64,000 nucleotides of DNA from the human T2T-CHM13v2.0 reference genome, Homo sapiens. Both the position numbers and the translations under genes were made by a program. The notes beneath the pieces were generated by a model, which saw only the letters and a list, made by a program, of their open reading frames with translations, ran no database searches and was not told where the DNA came from. The stretch lies in assembly GCF_009914755.1 (NCBI RefSeq), contig NC_060947.1. One strand, 5' to 3'. Of the stretch, positions 31,649-47,603 are shown in pieces (position 1 is the stretch's first letter; every line of letters begins with the position of its first letter).

Positions 31649-34600
31649 AACTTAAAGTTTTATTATGTGTCTTTCCAAATGTACTGGAACTGTGCTAAGA
31701 ATATTAATACTATTATTTTTACTATAGTTTTAGAGGAGGCTTTAAAAATGACTTTGTGGAAGTCTTATTAAAAATGACCATTGTGAAATATATTCAGCAC
31801 ATGTATATGTTTTTTGTAGGTAGTGTTATTGAGGTTTTAGCTTTATATCATTTTCTTTTTAAAATGGTTAACAGTGGCAAACATTAAATGAAAAATCCTT
31901 TAAACTGAAAATCTATAGAAACTATTTTGATGATATAAAAACTATATTTTTCAGATTTTAAGAAAAATGCCAATGATACCATGCAGAGCAATGTGCATTT
32001 CTTTTGTTTCGTTAGAGAATATGCTTTAAGTATTTGAAAACTGTAAACCTTTCCAGGGAATTGTATCATAAAAGTATTTATGGTTTCTGGTAGCTATTTC
32101 TCATGTTCTAAAATTCCATCAGTCAGAATTCTGAGGTTACAGAAATTGAATGTGTTAATGATTTAGTCTAGTTTGTGCCATAGAGATCATGTTGTGGCCA
32201 CCTGCATTTTGGTGAAATATGAATGCAGTAAGCTGATGACCAAAATTAGAATGTAGTCTGAGTGTTACCTATTTTCTCTACCCTCCCACTCCCTCAACTC
32301 TTAACTCTAAACTCTTAACTCCAAATCCACCTTCCCTTGTACTTCCTTCTCCCCCTCCCCCAGTGTTTTTATTTCTTATTTATTTACTTGTTTTTCTTGG
32401 GATGGATAAACCTGAAGACGCACACAGGAGAAGAACATGGAAAAGTTTAGAAAAGGAAATGAACTTACATGTTCGAATAATGTGTTTTGTGTTAGAAGAA
32501 CTGATCAGTAAAGAAGTCCCATCAATTAACTGTAAATGTGATGGCACCAGTAAACATCTATTAAATTTAAACCCTTTGCTGTATTATTTTAGGATATTAA
32601 ACATAGAAGAGAAATATAGGCCTCAAGGAATACACTTGGAAAAACTGGAGACAGCACACTGATAGGTAGTGAATGAAATGATTTGATCGTAAAGTAGACC
32701 TAACTGCTGGTTTACACTAAGCAAAAATTGTCGTTGACCAGTTTGGGTGGTGTGTCTTGACGATAATAGTGGATTTAGAGGGCAGCAGATGAATCAAAAT
32801 ATTAGAGATCAGGAGAATTAGTAAGGAAAAGCAGTGAAGTCAGGAGAACCAGTATTTAAGAATTCCTGAGATAAGCCAGTTTATAGCTGAGGAGGAGCAA
32901 TAATAGGGGTAGAAGAAGAAATGGAGTTGAATAAGTACTGCTCACCCATCTTAAGTGCAACATGGAGATTTTATTTATAGTATCATAATTGTTAGGCAAT
33001 CACAGGAGCCACACGTTTGAGGGAATATGTACAAGCCAGAGCAGAGCAAGGAAAGTCCTTAAGGAGACTATTTCAGTAATCTAGTAATGAGATACAGAAG
33101 CAGAAGATTGGGTCTATAAGGTTTTCGATTAGAGATAAACTTAGAAAGAACAACGAGGAGAACTTTGATTATATATATATAGGTTGCACCTTGTCCTGGG
33201 CACTTAATAGTCCCTAAAGAGTAAACGTAGACAACTGCTGTTATTTGGAACATGTGTTTTTTGCTTATAGATTAACAGTGTGTTTTTTTAACCTCAGTTT
33301 GTTAACAGACATAGAGAACATGTTAAACCCATGTTTCTTTGCGCCCGTGTGACATTGTGAACTAAGTGGAAAAGATGTCTGTGCTAAAGGCACCCATGGA
33401 GTAAAACATATCCACAAATACTGTGTTTAGGGAAAAGGCTAGAAATAGAAACTGAGAGTAGGAAATATTGCACCTGAGGGGCTGTTATTGTACTGTGTTC
33501 CTTCTCCTTCTCTTCCTGACATACCCTTTGTTATACCTTTTTCCTTTCCTGAATTCTTTGTTATTTCTTTATTCTTTTCCACTTTCATTCTTTTTCTTTC
33601 ATATCTTTGACTCAGGCCTGCCTGGGTTTTTTATTGGCATGTGTGGACATTGCTTAGTTCTGACCCATTCCATTAGAGAGTTTTCTGGTCCTATAAGGTA
33701 AGGTTAAGAAGCATTATCCATAATTTTATTATTATAAAATATAACATACCTACAGAAAAATGCATAAATCGTCATTGTATATCTTAACATGTTGTTATAA
33801 AATAAACATTCATGTAATCACCACCTCCATCAAGAAATAAAATACTGCTATCACCCCAGAAGCTTCTAAAAGTCTTTGTATACCCTTTCCCAGTCACACC
33901 ATATGTTTTAATTGGCAGCATTTATTGCTGCAGTTGTCCTCGTCCTAACCCTTTTGATGCCTTTTCCAAACATGTGACTTGCCCCAACCCCTAAGTGTAC
34001 ATTGATTAAGTAGGAAGCTGCCTTTAAATGAGAATGGTAATTTACCACAGTTTTTGCCTGTCAGTGCTTTAACTCTCCTCTCCTGCCTCAAAGCCTATAT
34101 ACATCAGATAATAACACACATACCCCACCTACTTAAAAATCCACCTAACAGATGGATACCCAGCTCCCCTTCAGAAGAAAGTACTGTCATAATCAGGGTA
34201 AAGGTGTCTGATGCCAGACCTGTGTTCCACCCCTCACTGCCATCTGCAATAAACACTACCTTTTAGGACTCTTAATTTTATAGCAAAAGTGTACATAACC
34301 ATTCACACTTTTTTGGGAAGTAAATAATGTATGAATTGATGAAAGTAAAGTTACTAAATACATGAAGTATTATTTTGCTCTATTTTGTGGCTATGATGTT
34401 TCGAACTATTTTATACAAAAGATTGTTTTTGTTTTGAAAGCATCTAAGATTCTAAATAGCCACTTTAAGGTCTGTAGGGGTAGAGATAATTGATTAAAAG
34501 TTTTGCAAATAATATATTAGCTTGTGCTTGGAAGAAGCTTTAAATCATGTAGAGGAACCTAAAATGATACTGAATATACTGTTATATCTGATATAACCTT

Positions 34601-35434
34601 CAAAATTCAAAGTAGACATTTTTCTTTGTCATTATTTTAATATTTATTTTTGAGTAGGCAATACAGTCATATGATCAAATTAAACAATATAATAATGTAT
34701 TCAATGAAAAGTGTTTCTTTCCCCAACCCCTGAACTTGTTCTATTGGTGATCAAAACCTTTTATAAAAGATACAATGTGAATTTGGGGCAAAGATGAACT
34801 GATAGACGAAGAAAAGCGGAATGGAATAGAGAAGTAGACCTACACAAATATGGGTATTTGATTTAGGACACAGTAGCAACATAGAGTTTTGGAGTAAGGA
34901 TGGTCATTTCTACAAATGGTGCAGGTACTATTGGATATCAGTTTGGAAAATATGAAGACCGTCTCTTAACCGCACATAGTATAAAAGATAAGGTACAGAT
35001 GGTTTGTAAGCCTAAATATGAAAGACAAAAATGTAAACTTTTAGAAAGAAGACTTATTTTTATAGAGTAGACCAGAAACAAGATTAATCCCATATCCTTA
35101 AAAACTTTCCTGTTTGCCCCACCCTGTTTTCCTCTAGGAAATTTCAGAAACAATGAAATCAGTTATTTCTACTGATAATTTGATTAAACCATGAAATACT
35201 GTCTGTTTGAATAATTTAGAATAAATTCAACCTATCTTCCTTCCCCTTTATATCAAATTAGATTATATACGTTTAATTATATAAAAGGTCCATATGCCCC
35301 TTTTCAATTTTACTTTTTTAGTATTTATTAACATCATTTTTATAAAACCAACATTTCCTTTAAAACAATATTGCATAAAACAGAAGTTTCAATGTACTAC
35401 CAAGCAAGAATTCATGCACGTGTTAAAAAGTTAA

Positions 35435-35614
<180 letters not shown>

Positions 35615-37594
35615 TAATTTTGTGGTTTTTTTGTTTTTGTTTTTCTTAAATATTAGAGCATTGAGAAATGTTGGAATTTATATTGGCACTTTAAAAGAAA
35701 ATTTGAAAATTCAGGTGACAGAACTGTTTATCAACTGTGAAGTAGAGTTTCAAGGTACAAAGTAGTTATGCTAAGACTTCCATGGTAACATTATACAATT
35801 ACACTTTAAAAAAATAGTTTTAACTAAGATCTGTCATCAGGAAAGGGTGAAGGTTTCAGTCTGTTTGGATATGTAAATAACTCCTCTAGAAATGATTTGC
35901 CACTGTAGAGTTCAGAACCAGCTGAATGGTTCTGAAAGGATGTTTTTCTGTGACCCAATCATTGACCCTGTTTCCATGGGTCTCAGTACTTCTACCAGCA
36001 GAAGCACATCTTATATTTAAATTAGAAAAAAGAGTGTTCTCTGCAAGGCATTTGGACTGTTGGTTTGTGAGCATAAACGTTGTGGGAAAAGATGATATGT
36101 TGTTGATTAACTTCGTATCCATGGAAATGTGATATTTCTCCAGTTTTTAATTTTTCATTGAGTTTTTTATGCTATCTGAACCATCAATTTAGGTCTTGCT
36201 GGGCTTTTTCTGAAAATAGTGCTTTCCTGCCCAACAGAGGAATTATGTTTTGAAAGGAGTAGCAGTTGTAGGAAAAAGTTTAAGTTTTTGTGAATTTATG
36301 TTTATTGTTTATAATGGTTGTTGTATTCTGAATCTCCATTGCAGACTATCTTGATTCTAAAGGAAGGGTGGTTGGGGAGATAAAGAATGACATTCAAGTA
36401 GATTGTAATTTGAGCTCACTAATAAGGAACTACTGAAGGTTAAAAATAAAAAAAACTGTACTCAAGAGTGTCTAATTGTTCTAGATTTTTAAAGTAGAAA
36501 ACTATGCAAGTACTGTTTCTACCTTACATGAGTTAAAAGAACAATACTGATGATGTTAAAGAGAGAGGGAGGTACAACCAAAAACACTAAAAACAGTAGA
36601 TTGCGAAGAATTTAGATCACACAGTGGTTGAAGGTAAGTGCAGTCGAGGAATAAGTTCCAGGGTAAGTGCAGGGTGCAGGTAGTGTGGAGAATGAGGGAT
36701 GCCTGGAAGTTACCACTTTTCCTCAAGCTTAGAGTAGTAGCATTTCTGACACCATACTGTGGGACGTCAGCGGATATGAACTGGAAAATAAGTTTATAAA
36801 GCTGCCTCACATTTTTTTTGCAGTTTCTATTAGCTATCAAAGACTCTTTAAAATGTCTTATAATACAGAATAAACATTTAAGCATTTCACATGCTTATTA
36901 TGTTGCAGAAGTGTTTTTGGTAGCAGTTTGGTAAATGTTGCTTAGGAAATACATTTGAAGGGAAAAGCAATCAGATGTGTCCCACATTATGGAATGTGAC
37001 TATGCGTGTATCAGTACAGTGATACCTTAAGTAATTCTAAAGATGCAAAATTCCATTTAAATGAAAGTGGCGATATTTAAAATCTCCTTTAATCAAGGGA
37101 AACAGTGTTTCATGGCCGATTGAAAGTGTTCTACTTAACTTAAGCTTGGTGGGAACATTCCTGCATACCACTTTTATTTGTTCAGGTAGAAAGTCTAAAA
37201 AGTCAAGTCATGGTGATCTTAGCAAAATTGCCTTAAGTGAGGGCAGCCTTCTTTTGGGGGACTTTTACCTTTAACGAGTCCATGATATTTCTCGTCCCTA
37301 GAGTGTGAAGGTTTCATTTGATTTTTATCTCATCCTGACTTTGGCTTTTTCAGCCCTCTCTCTAGTATTCCTTATCTATTTTAAGAAGAATTTGGGCATG
37401 AACATTTTTAGTCAAAGAGGAGGAGGTATTTTAGTTTATTACTAAAGTGCTTAGCATTCAGAATGAGTGAAGGTAGGAATAGAAGGAATGATATCCCCCT
37501 TTAGGTGGTTTTCCATTTTTCTAATACTTCACCTTCATCTGGATAAATGTGGAACCTCTGATGGCTTTTCCACAACATTAAGCTGTTTTGTAGC

Positions 37595-37990
37595 ACAGTG
37601 TGTTGGTATAGATGCTTTTTAGGCTGTAACCTCAGGGACTCCAACTCAAATTGGTTAAAATAATAAAAAATATGCTCCTATGTGAAGTCTAGCCTTCAGG
37701 ATTGGTTGATTCAGCTGATCTAAGGTTTCATCAAGGATTCATTTTCTTCTCAGTTCTGTATTGGCTTTTTCTAAAGGCTGGTTGCTCTGCTTAGTGTAAT
37801 GCTGGCATATAAGTGCATAGTAAATGATGATGATCATTTCATGTAGGAGAAAGATCCTGGTTGCCTGTTGATCTCTTCAAAAATACTTCACCTTGCATCT
37901 TATTGGCCAGAAATAGGCCACATGGCCATTCCTAATTGATTTCTTATCAAAGGAAATGTGGTTGCTCTTAGACTAGTTATGCCCAGTCTT
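37595..37990. mobile_element. LTR33-like ERVL LTR, degenerate
   Basis: GATGCTTTTTAGGCTGTAAC...CCAACTCAAATTGGTTAAA resembles the recalled LTR33 terminus. Confidence 0.5.
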
Positions 37991-38499
37991 TGAGAATTGT
38001 TCAAATCTGTAAGTAGTTGTTATCCAGTGGAGGGATAGGGTGGGTAAAAAGGATATTTTGGTATGGGGAGTGGTGTGAACAGTCTGTCCGTTACAGATCA
38101 GATCTTCTCTATCCCATTTCCTTTCCCTCTGCCCAAGTGTGTATAATACTTTTTGGATGGTAAACTATTTAAATAAAATACAGCGTATTTTCATAATAGA
38201 TTCCTTTTTTTTCCTCCCAACATGAAATGAATTGTAGGGCCTCCTGTTGTGTTTCTGTCACTGGTGATAACTTTCTCACAAAATGTGTCTCTGAAATTCT
38301 GTGTTGGTGCTGTGTAAACAGCTCTCAGAGCAAACCAACTTGGTTTTCAAAACTTTGACCCTGCCGCATATCTTCGTGACCTTGAGTAAGATTTCTGACT
38401 CTTGATTTTCTCTGTGTCTGAAGAACTAGAATAATTATAGCCACCCACATGATTGATATAAAGGTGAATATATGTGTGTGTTTGTTTTTATATGTGTGT

Positions 38500-39610
38500 A
38501 GTTTTATATCACTAGTTTTGGGGGAACAGGTGGTGTTTGGTTGCATGGAAAAGTTCTTTAGTGGTGATTTCTGTGATTTTGGTGCACCCATCACCTGAGC
38601 AGTGTATACTGTACCCAATGTGTAGTCTTTTATCCCGCACCCCCTTGCCTCTCTTCCCCGAGTCCCCAAAGTCCATTATCTCATTCTTATACCTTTGCAT
38701 CCTCATAGTTTAGCTCCCACTTCTAAGTGAGAACATGTGATGTTTGGTTTTCCATTCCTGAGTTACTTCACTTAGAATAATGGTCTCCAACTCCATTCAG
38801 GTTGCTGCAAATGCCATTCTTTCCTTCCTTTTTGGCTAAGTAGTATTCCATGATGTATATACCACATTTTCTTTATCCACTCATTGGTTGATGGGTATTC
38901 AGGCTGGTTCCATATTTTTGCAATTGCAAATTGTGCTGCTATAAACATGTGTGTGCAAGTGTCTTCTTTATATAATGACTTCTTTTCCTCTGGATAGATA
39001 TCCAGTAGTGGGATTGCTGGGTCAAATGGTAGTTCTGCTTTTAGTTCTTTAAGGAACCGCCACACTGTTTTCCATAGTGGCTGTACTAGTTTACATTCCC
39101 ACCAGCAGTGTAAAAGTGTTCCCTTTTCACCACATCCATGCCAACATCTGTTATTTTTTGATTTTTAAATCATGGCCATTCTTGCAGGAGTAAGGTGGTA
39201 TCGCATTGTGGATTTGATTTGCATTTCCCTGATCATTAGGGCTGTTGAGCATTTTTTCCCTATGTTCGTTGGCCATTTGTATATCTTCTTTTGAGAATTT
39301 TCAATTCATGTCCTTTGCCCACTTTTTGATGGGATTATTTGTTTTTTTTTCTTGCTGATTTGTTTGAGTTCCTTGTAGATTCTGGATATTAGTCCTTTGT
39401 TGGATGCCTAGTTTGCGAACATTTTCTCCCACTCTATTGGTTATCTGATTACTCTGCTGATTATTTATTTTGCTGTGCAGAAGCTCTTTGGTTTAATTAG
39501 GTCCCATCTACTTATCTTTGTTTTTGTTGCATTTGCTTTTGGATTCTTGGTCATGAACTCTTTGCCTAATGTCTAGAAGAGTTTTTCTGATGTTATCTTC
39601 TAGAATTTAT
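38500..39610 (-). mobile_element. 5'-truncated L1PB (3' UTR and ORF2 end)
   Basis: ORF2 C-terminal peptide [20 protein letters not shown]; L1PB-type 3' UTR GGGGGAACAGGTGGTGTTTGG. Confidence 0.88.
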
Positions 39611-40011
39611 ATCTTACAAATAAATAGTTTCAGCCCTTCTTTAGTCTCAGTTATCTATCATGTAAAACAACCATAATTGGGGGCCAGCATAGATACTGTT
39701 GGAGAAATAAATGTTCCTGTCTTAGAACTTAATCCTTGTATTTTTGTCCCTCTGCCCATCCTCAGAAATGTGAAGCTAATGCTCAGCAAACTTTATGATC
39801 CTATGGTGTTATTTTTACATTAAATTGACCAATAAAGATTGTATGTGTTTAGTGAGCAGTGGAGATACCAATTCTTAATTCGTGAACTAGTTTAATATTA
39901 TCTGAACCAGAGTCCATTTCAGGGTGACAGGTATTTTGTTGTTTTTCTTCTCTGCTTCAGCTAATATCCCCTAAGGTGGGTTTGGTTGCCTAGTTAATGC
40001 CATACAGTTAA

Positions 40012-40443
<432 letters not shown>

Positions 40444-41386
40444 TAATGTCCCTAATTTTCACATCCTGGCAGACTATTAAAATTATTTCCTTCATGTGAA
40501 GAATAAGATACAATGACACCCTTATTCTTCAGTCAGTTAATGCCTGTGCATCTATTTAGAGGAAGCTTATATAGGAATTTTCCCTAATGTTTACATATTT
40601 AAATATTCCTAAACTATGTCAACTTAGAACTCTTTTGGGATTTTAAAGTTAGGTAACCAAAAAGGGTGCCTTTTTTATGGAAACCTGTAGATCATTGGCT
40701 GAGATGCCAATTTAAGTCCCCTTTTATAATTTGGTATTTGAATATGATAAGTGCTGATTGAAGGGGTTAATGTGAAAGGGATAGGAAGATGAGAATTATG
40801 GAGACAGTAAATGTTTCAAAGGAAATGGATTGAACTCAAATGAGACTTGTGTGTTAGCTTGCCATTTTACTGGGTGTTGGTGTTTCTTGAATGGGTAGAT
40901 AAATAAAATGGAAGAGGCTATAAAATGAGAAAATGCCTACTTATAGAACAGGCTGGAAAATTTGAAGAAAAGAAAAAAAGCTGGTTTTATTCATCATCAC
41001 TTAACAGAATTTTTTTCTATACAAACTGACACTGCAGTTGTTTTTTCCAGATGGCTCAGTTCACCAATTCATGCAGTATGCTTGCCATCTTATTATACTC
41101 GACATGAAACTTCTGAGTGAAGTGGCAGCTCCACTGTCTTTGTACCATACTCTTCTTTAGGAACTACTTCATTACGAGGTGTCTCATTTGATCTTCTACC
41201 CTGTATAAACTCAGGAATTTTATTGTAATATTTTTGATGCCAAGATATTTAGGCAGAAGGAATACATGAAGACATGATCATGTATGTGTACCTCCTTTTA
41301 GAAACCGCTTTTGAAATCTGAAATGCCTCCTGTCTTTTATTATTTTATTCATGTAGAATGCACAGATCATTTGTTTCATATAATTA

Positions 41387-41753
<367 letters not shown>

Positions 41754-41832
41754 CTATTAAATTAATTTTATCCATGCCTTATGTTTCTAGAATATTTGTA
41801 ATGTTTCTTTATTGACATTTTAATAGTATATT

Positions 41833-42185
41833 TTTGTTAGTTCAGTAGTCTGAAGATAATGAAAGTTTAGGGCTGGGCACCATGGCTCATGCCTGTAAAC
41901 CCAGCACCCAGCACTTTCGGAGGCTGAGGCGGGTGGATCACCTGAGGTCAGAAGTTTGAGAGCATCTTGGGCAACATAGTGAGAGAGAGACACACACACA
42001 CACACGTTTGTTAGTTCAGTAGTCTGAAGATAATGAAAGTTTAGGGCTGGGCTCAGTAGCTTATGCCTGTAATCCCAGCACTTTGGGAAGCTGAGGCAGG
42101 TGGATCACCTGAAGTTAGAAGTTTGAGAGCAACCTGGGCAACATAGTGAGACACACATACACACACACACACGCAACATAGTGTG

Positions 42186-42223
<38 letters not shown>

Positions 42224-42243
42224 GCCCGTCTCTTAAAGAAAAA
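41833..42243 (+). repeat. Tandem duplication (period 174 bp) of unique flank, Alu monomer and (CA)n
   Basis: TTTGTTAGTTCAGTAGTCTGAAGATAATGAAAGTTTAGGGCTGGGC occurs at 41833 and 42007. Confidence 0.92.
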
Positions 42244-42649
42244 GTTATTATTTCTCCATACTTGCTCTGCCCTATTTCCTTTATGATGCTCAATAGCTCT
42301 CACCTCTTTCAGCTGGCATTTTGAAAATTTTAATCTTGAGTGGTTTGATTTGAGAGAAAGAATGGAGGAAGGCATCTCACTCATATGACTCAATTTTCTT
42401 AGGGGATTAGAAAAGTCCTATCCCCTTGCCACCCCCAACAGCTTGGAATAATTGGTGGTAGTTATAAAACTATAAGATTTGGTGTTTATCCTGAGATTTG
42501 GCTTAGAACATGGGACCGGGAAGGGAAAGAAATTCTTCAAGAAAGGATCTACAGAGTATTGGCATATCATGGAAGCTGCATTTGTAGAATCTTCATAGGA
42601 ATTGGTTGGGATGTAAAAATGGTGAGGCCTAATCGTTGTTTTTTGGTAC

Positions 42650-42965
<316 letters not shown>

Positions 42966-44005
42966 TGTACTTTTTATTTAATGGATTTCCTCCTGGAGTA
43001 ACAGCAACACCACACAGCAACAGCAAACTAAGTTTGGGGCCAGAACCACAAATTAACATCATTTTTCATTGCTACCATGTTTAACATTTAAAATGCTTCA
43101 CTGAGGCAGTTCTTAATACATACTATTTTTGGATAAACCACCAGGCAGATACCAAAAAATATTAGCACACTATTCTGGTCATCTTAAGAAAAGAAGAACA
43201 TTCTTTTTTAGTATTAGTTACACTGTGTATTTCTTCCTTTGGTATAACTGTTGGTTCTTTATACATAAAATTCATATAGTCAGATTTTGCTTGGCTTTTT
43301 ATGGTTAGCAGTAGATTGGATTATGATTGAGGAAACTGCAACCCAGTTTATTTTCTTTGATTTAAATCTTCCTTTTCCTTTCAGTCATTGACAGTAGAAC
43401 TCAGTTTCACCTGAGTGTAACATCACTGTTCCTTTTGGCAGAGGATGGTCATTGCTGTTTATTTTGTTTTCTACTTTTTCTCACTTGTAGAAAATAATCA
43501 TCCTTTCTCTGTTCTTTTCTCTTTGTACTACTCGTCAGCTTGTACTTTACCAATTTCCTAGATAATAGTTTCTGATACGAGGCAACCTCCTAATTAATTT
43601 ATCTGGCCACTTAATAATGCTTTCTCTATTTCACTCTGCCTGCCCAACTTTGGTTTTCTGTTTGATATTATTTCTGCCCTGAGTTCTATAACGTGCCTTC
43701 AAGTGTGAATTAGTAAAAGTGGCCGAAATACTTCAATACCTGCAAAATGCATGTTTGAAAAGTACATGGCTGCTCATATATGTGCAGTAACACCATTCTT
43801 TCTCTTTGAAACTGAGGAGTTAGGGTGATTCTAGGTTCCCTGTGTTACAGTTTCTCTCTTCTAGTATATTTTAACTACAGAAGTCATTTCTAAAGTGATT
43901 TCTGGTGCTAACTTACAACAACTTAAGGGCGTTATAGATATTTGGTCTTCAAAGGCAGCTTTATAAAGCAGTCACTGTATTGTCACATTTAGAAAAAGGT
44001 TGTGT

Positions 44006-44477
<472 letters not shown>

Positions 44478-45564
44478 GTTATATTTTAAAAGGATATTCT
44501 ACAGTGCAAATTTTTGCAGTATCCCCCTTTATAAAACATCATATTCACCTTGTATTAGTTATTTGTGTACATATCAGTCTCAAATATGAATACAAATTGC
44601 TCACTAGATAGAAATACCTTGGAAATTAAGTTGGCTCATATTCTGATCATTTTGTGTACATAGGTTAGATGCAAACTAGGACCAGTTTTTAAAAATTTCT
44701 AGTCAGTTGCATACCTATACTTTTGTAAAGTATGATAGAAATGAAGAGTTGGAAGACTAGGTAGGATACAGCTACAGGAAGAAAGATGAGCAAGAGCTGT
44801 AAGATAAATGGTTGCTCATAGGATGGATGGGGGCAAGGTAATGAATGTATCCTAGAGATCTTAAAGAGATTTATTAACTGACTTGATGTGGGAAGAGATT
44901 CCCATTTACGGGCTCAGACCACTTTACTATGTTAAATAAAGTAGGGGATAAAGAAAGTAGCAGCCGGTTTTGGGTTTAGGAGGTGAAAAGGCTCTGAATG
45001 GCGATAAGTCATTTGGGAGTAAATTGATTTGGAGGTACCTGAGGGATATCAGATATTCATGCACACAGACATAAATCTGGAGCCAAAAAGAAGAGCTAGA
45101 ACTAAGATTTTGAACATCTTCAGTATACAGTGCGTTTTGTCCCCCACCCCCCACCCCTTTTTTTTGTTAAAGAAATTTTTAGAAAAGACCGGCTGGTAAA
45201 CTTCAAAAAAGAAGCCTCTTTTTTGAGCGAAGATTGTCAGGATTTGTTAGCTATTAGCATGTCATTGGTATGCAGTAGATTCCCTCCTGGAAACAGTTGT
45301 AATAACCTTGTATTACAAAGAGTATCAGAACTGAGTTTTGAGGGCTTTGGGAGAACCTCAGTCAGATCATCTTGACCAGGAACGTGGCTCACAAGCCCTA
45401 CCAAAACTTAGCCGTTTTCAGTTCTGTATCTTATTTTAGAGACCACATTTTTAAAGTAAGTACCATGGCATCCTAGGGCATTTCCCTATTCTTACCCATA
45501 GACTATTCATTTTAGGAATCAAGTTTGTTGGTTTTAATTTATACTTTTATTTTATTTTTTAATA

Positions 45565-45848
45565 TTAATTTTATTTTTTTGAGACAAAATCTCACTCTGT
45601 CGCCCATGCTGGAGTGCAGTGGTGCGATCTTGGGTCACTGCAACCTTCGCTTCCTGGGTTCAAGCGATTCTCATGCCTCAGCCACCTGAGGCATGTGCCA
45701 CCATACCCTGCTAATTTTTGTATTTTTAGAGGAGACTGGGTTTTGCCATGTTGGCCTGGCTTGTCTCAAACTTTTGGCCTCAAGTGATCTGCCCGCCTTG
45801 GCCTCCCGAAGTGCTGAGATTATAGGTGTGAGCCACCATGCCCTGCCC
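45565..45848 (-). mobile_element. Alu (J/S)
   Basis: Alu consensus with a short deletion. Confidence 0.88.
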
Positions 45849-47397
45849 TAAATTCATAATTTTAGAAATGTGGCAGTCTGTAACAATGAATAAGAAAAAA
45901 ATGATTTATCTTTGACATGCAACAGTACCTGGCACACCTTTCCTTTTCTCACTTAAATGGTCATTATAACCCTGTTTTATAAGGCTCTGTAAAAATAACT
46001 TCAGTGGTTTCCTCAGCCTGAAGTAACTCTTTTCTTACTTTCCTCATCTATATCTTTTTGGATTCTGTTATGGAGTTGTCTTTCCTGTGTATTCTCAGAG
46101 CAGGTTAAAATTTTAAAAATCCTATTAAGGCATTAATTTCAGTGAACATTGTATTCTGTAGATGTATAGCCATAGAAGCGTGCCTGGCATAGATAAAAGC
46201 TGGTTGCCAGCATGTCAGTCCTAAAATGCCATGTTTCTACCTTAATTGGATATAGACAGCAGTATCAACTATACATACCTTGTTTATATAGTCTGAAATA
46301 AAGGTTTCTGGGGCAAGCACATAATTTAAAAACTTCAAAATAGAATAGTGTGGTTTAACTCTGTATATTAGAATAGCTTGCATAAGTTTTTTTTCTGGTT
46401 TGCAGGTTGTTGCCTACAACCCACTGAATCAGAACATTCTAGATTGGTACTGGAATCTAAACATTGCTCCAAATTAATAACTTATAACCAAATACATAAT
46501 TTGTCAATTGCAAAAAGTTATCCCATTGCTTGTTTTCGGGATTGGGAATATAGTTGAAGGGTTCTACAAGTAAAAAGATTCATGAGGTAATCAGACTATA
46601 TACAGCTAGAAATAAAACAATTTAAAGGGAAATAAAGTCTTGAAACTCAAGTTTTATGTGTTAATTACATGAATATAGATTTCTCCCCCCTCCCCATAGA
46701 AATCAAGTTCCATTGGCTGTATTAGGCAAAATACTATAACATTATTTTGAAATATTGAACACGTTGAAGGCTTTTAAAACAAAAGGTGACTTTGGTGATA
46801 AAGATGTCAACAGAAATAGTAATGAATCAAACTTTGCGTTAAATTGGGCCAGAAGTGCTCCATAAAAAGAAAATCTCTATAACATTAAAAAAAAAAAGTC
46901 ATAAGTAAATCTTCTTGCTTGGAAACTAATTTTCTGTAGACTGCTTTCCGCCTTCAGGTTTGTATATAGTCTTTGAACTGCAGAGGCCTCTTCTGCATAA
47001 TAATTATTTCACACAGCAGTAGCCAGTTTCAGCACTGCAGTATTTCAGTGTGAGGCACAGATGTTTCCTAGCTGCCTCTGTTGGTTGCAGGGAAAGGTGC
47101 TGGATATTTTACCATGGTATTTTCAGGTTTGTGGGCTGGTTATCATAATTGATAGTCCTTTCTACTGGTGTATATGTTAATAGGTATATCTATTTTGCAT
47201 CTGGTTTAGGTCCTGGAAATGAGGCTTTGTGGTCATGTTATCCCTACCCCGGTTCTTCATCTCTCTTGAGAGTGCTGAACGGCATATCAGTGTTTTTCTT
47301 TATGTGGAACGGTGTTGTTAGTTTCTTATAAACACTTAGTAATTATTCTGTAAGTTCTTTCATTGTCATAGTGGATGTTTTTGAATGTGTATTCGTG

Positions 47398-47603
47398 TTT
47401 TTTTTGTTTTTGTTTTTTGAAACGCATTCTCATTTTTTCTGCCACAGGCACCCGCCACCATGCCGGCTAATTTTTGTATTTTTAGTAGAGATGGGGTTTC
47501 ATGATGTTGGCCAGGCTGGTCTCGAACTCCTAACCTTAGGTGATCTGCCCGCCTCGGCCTCCCAAAGTACTGGGATTATAGGCGTGAGCTACTGTACCCA
47601 ACC
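47398..47603 (-). mobile_element. Internally deleted AluS
   Basis: Left arm intact, most of the right arm missing. Confidence 0.82.

Noticed and set aside
32293-32325. Degenerate (AACTCT)n-like hexamer run resembling a telomeric repeat
   Set aside because: Only about five imperfect units and not CCCTAA; ordinary low-complexity sequence.
41020-41180. Good-looking acceptor (ACTGAC...TTTTTTCCAG|ATG at 41050)
   Set aside because: No convincing donor downstream; isolated acceptors are common in introns.
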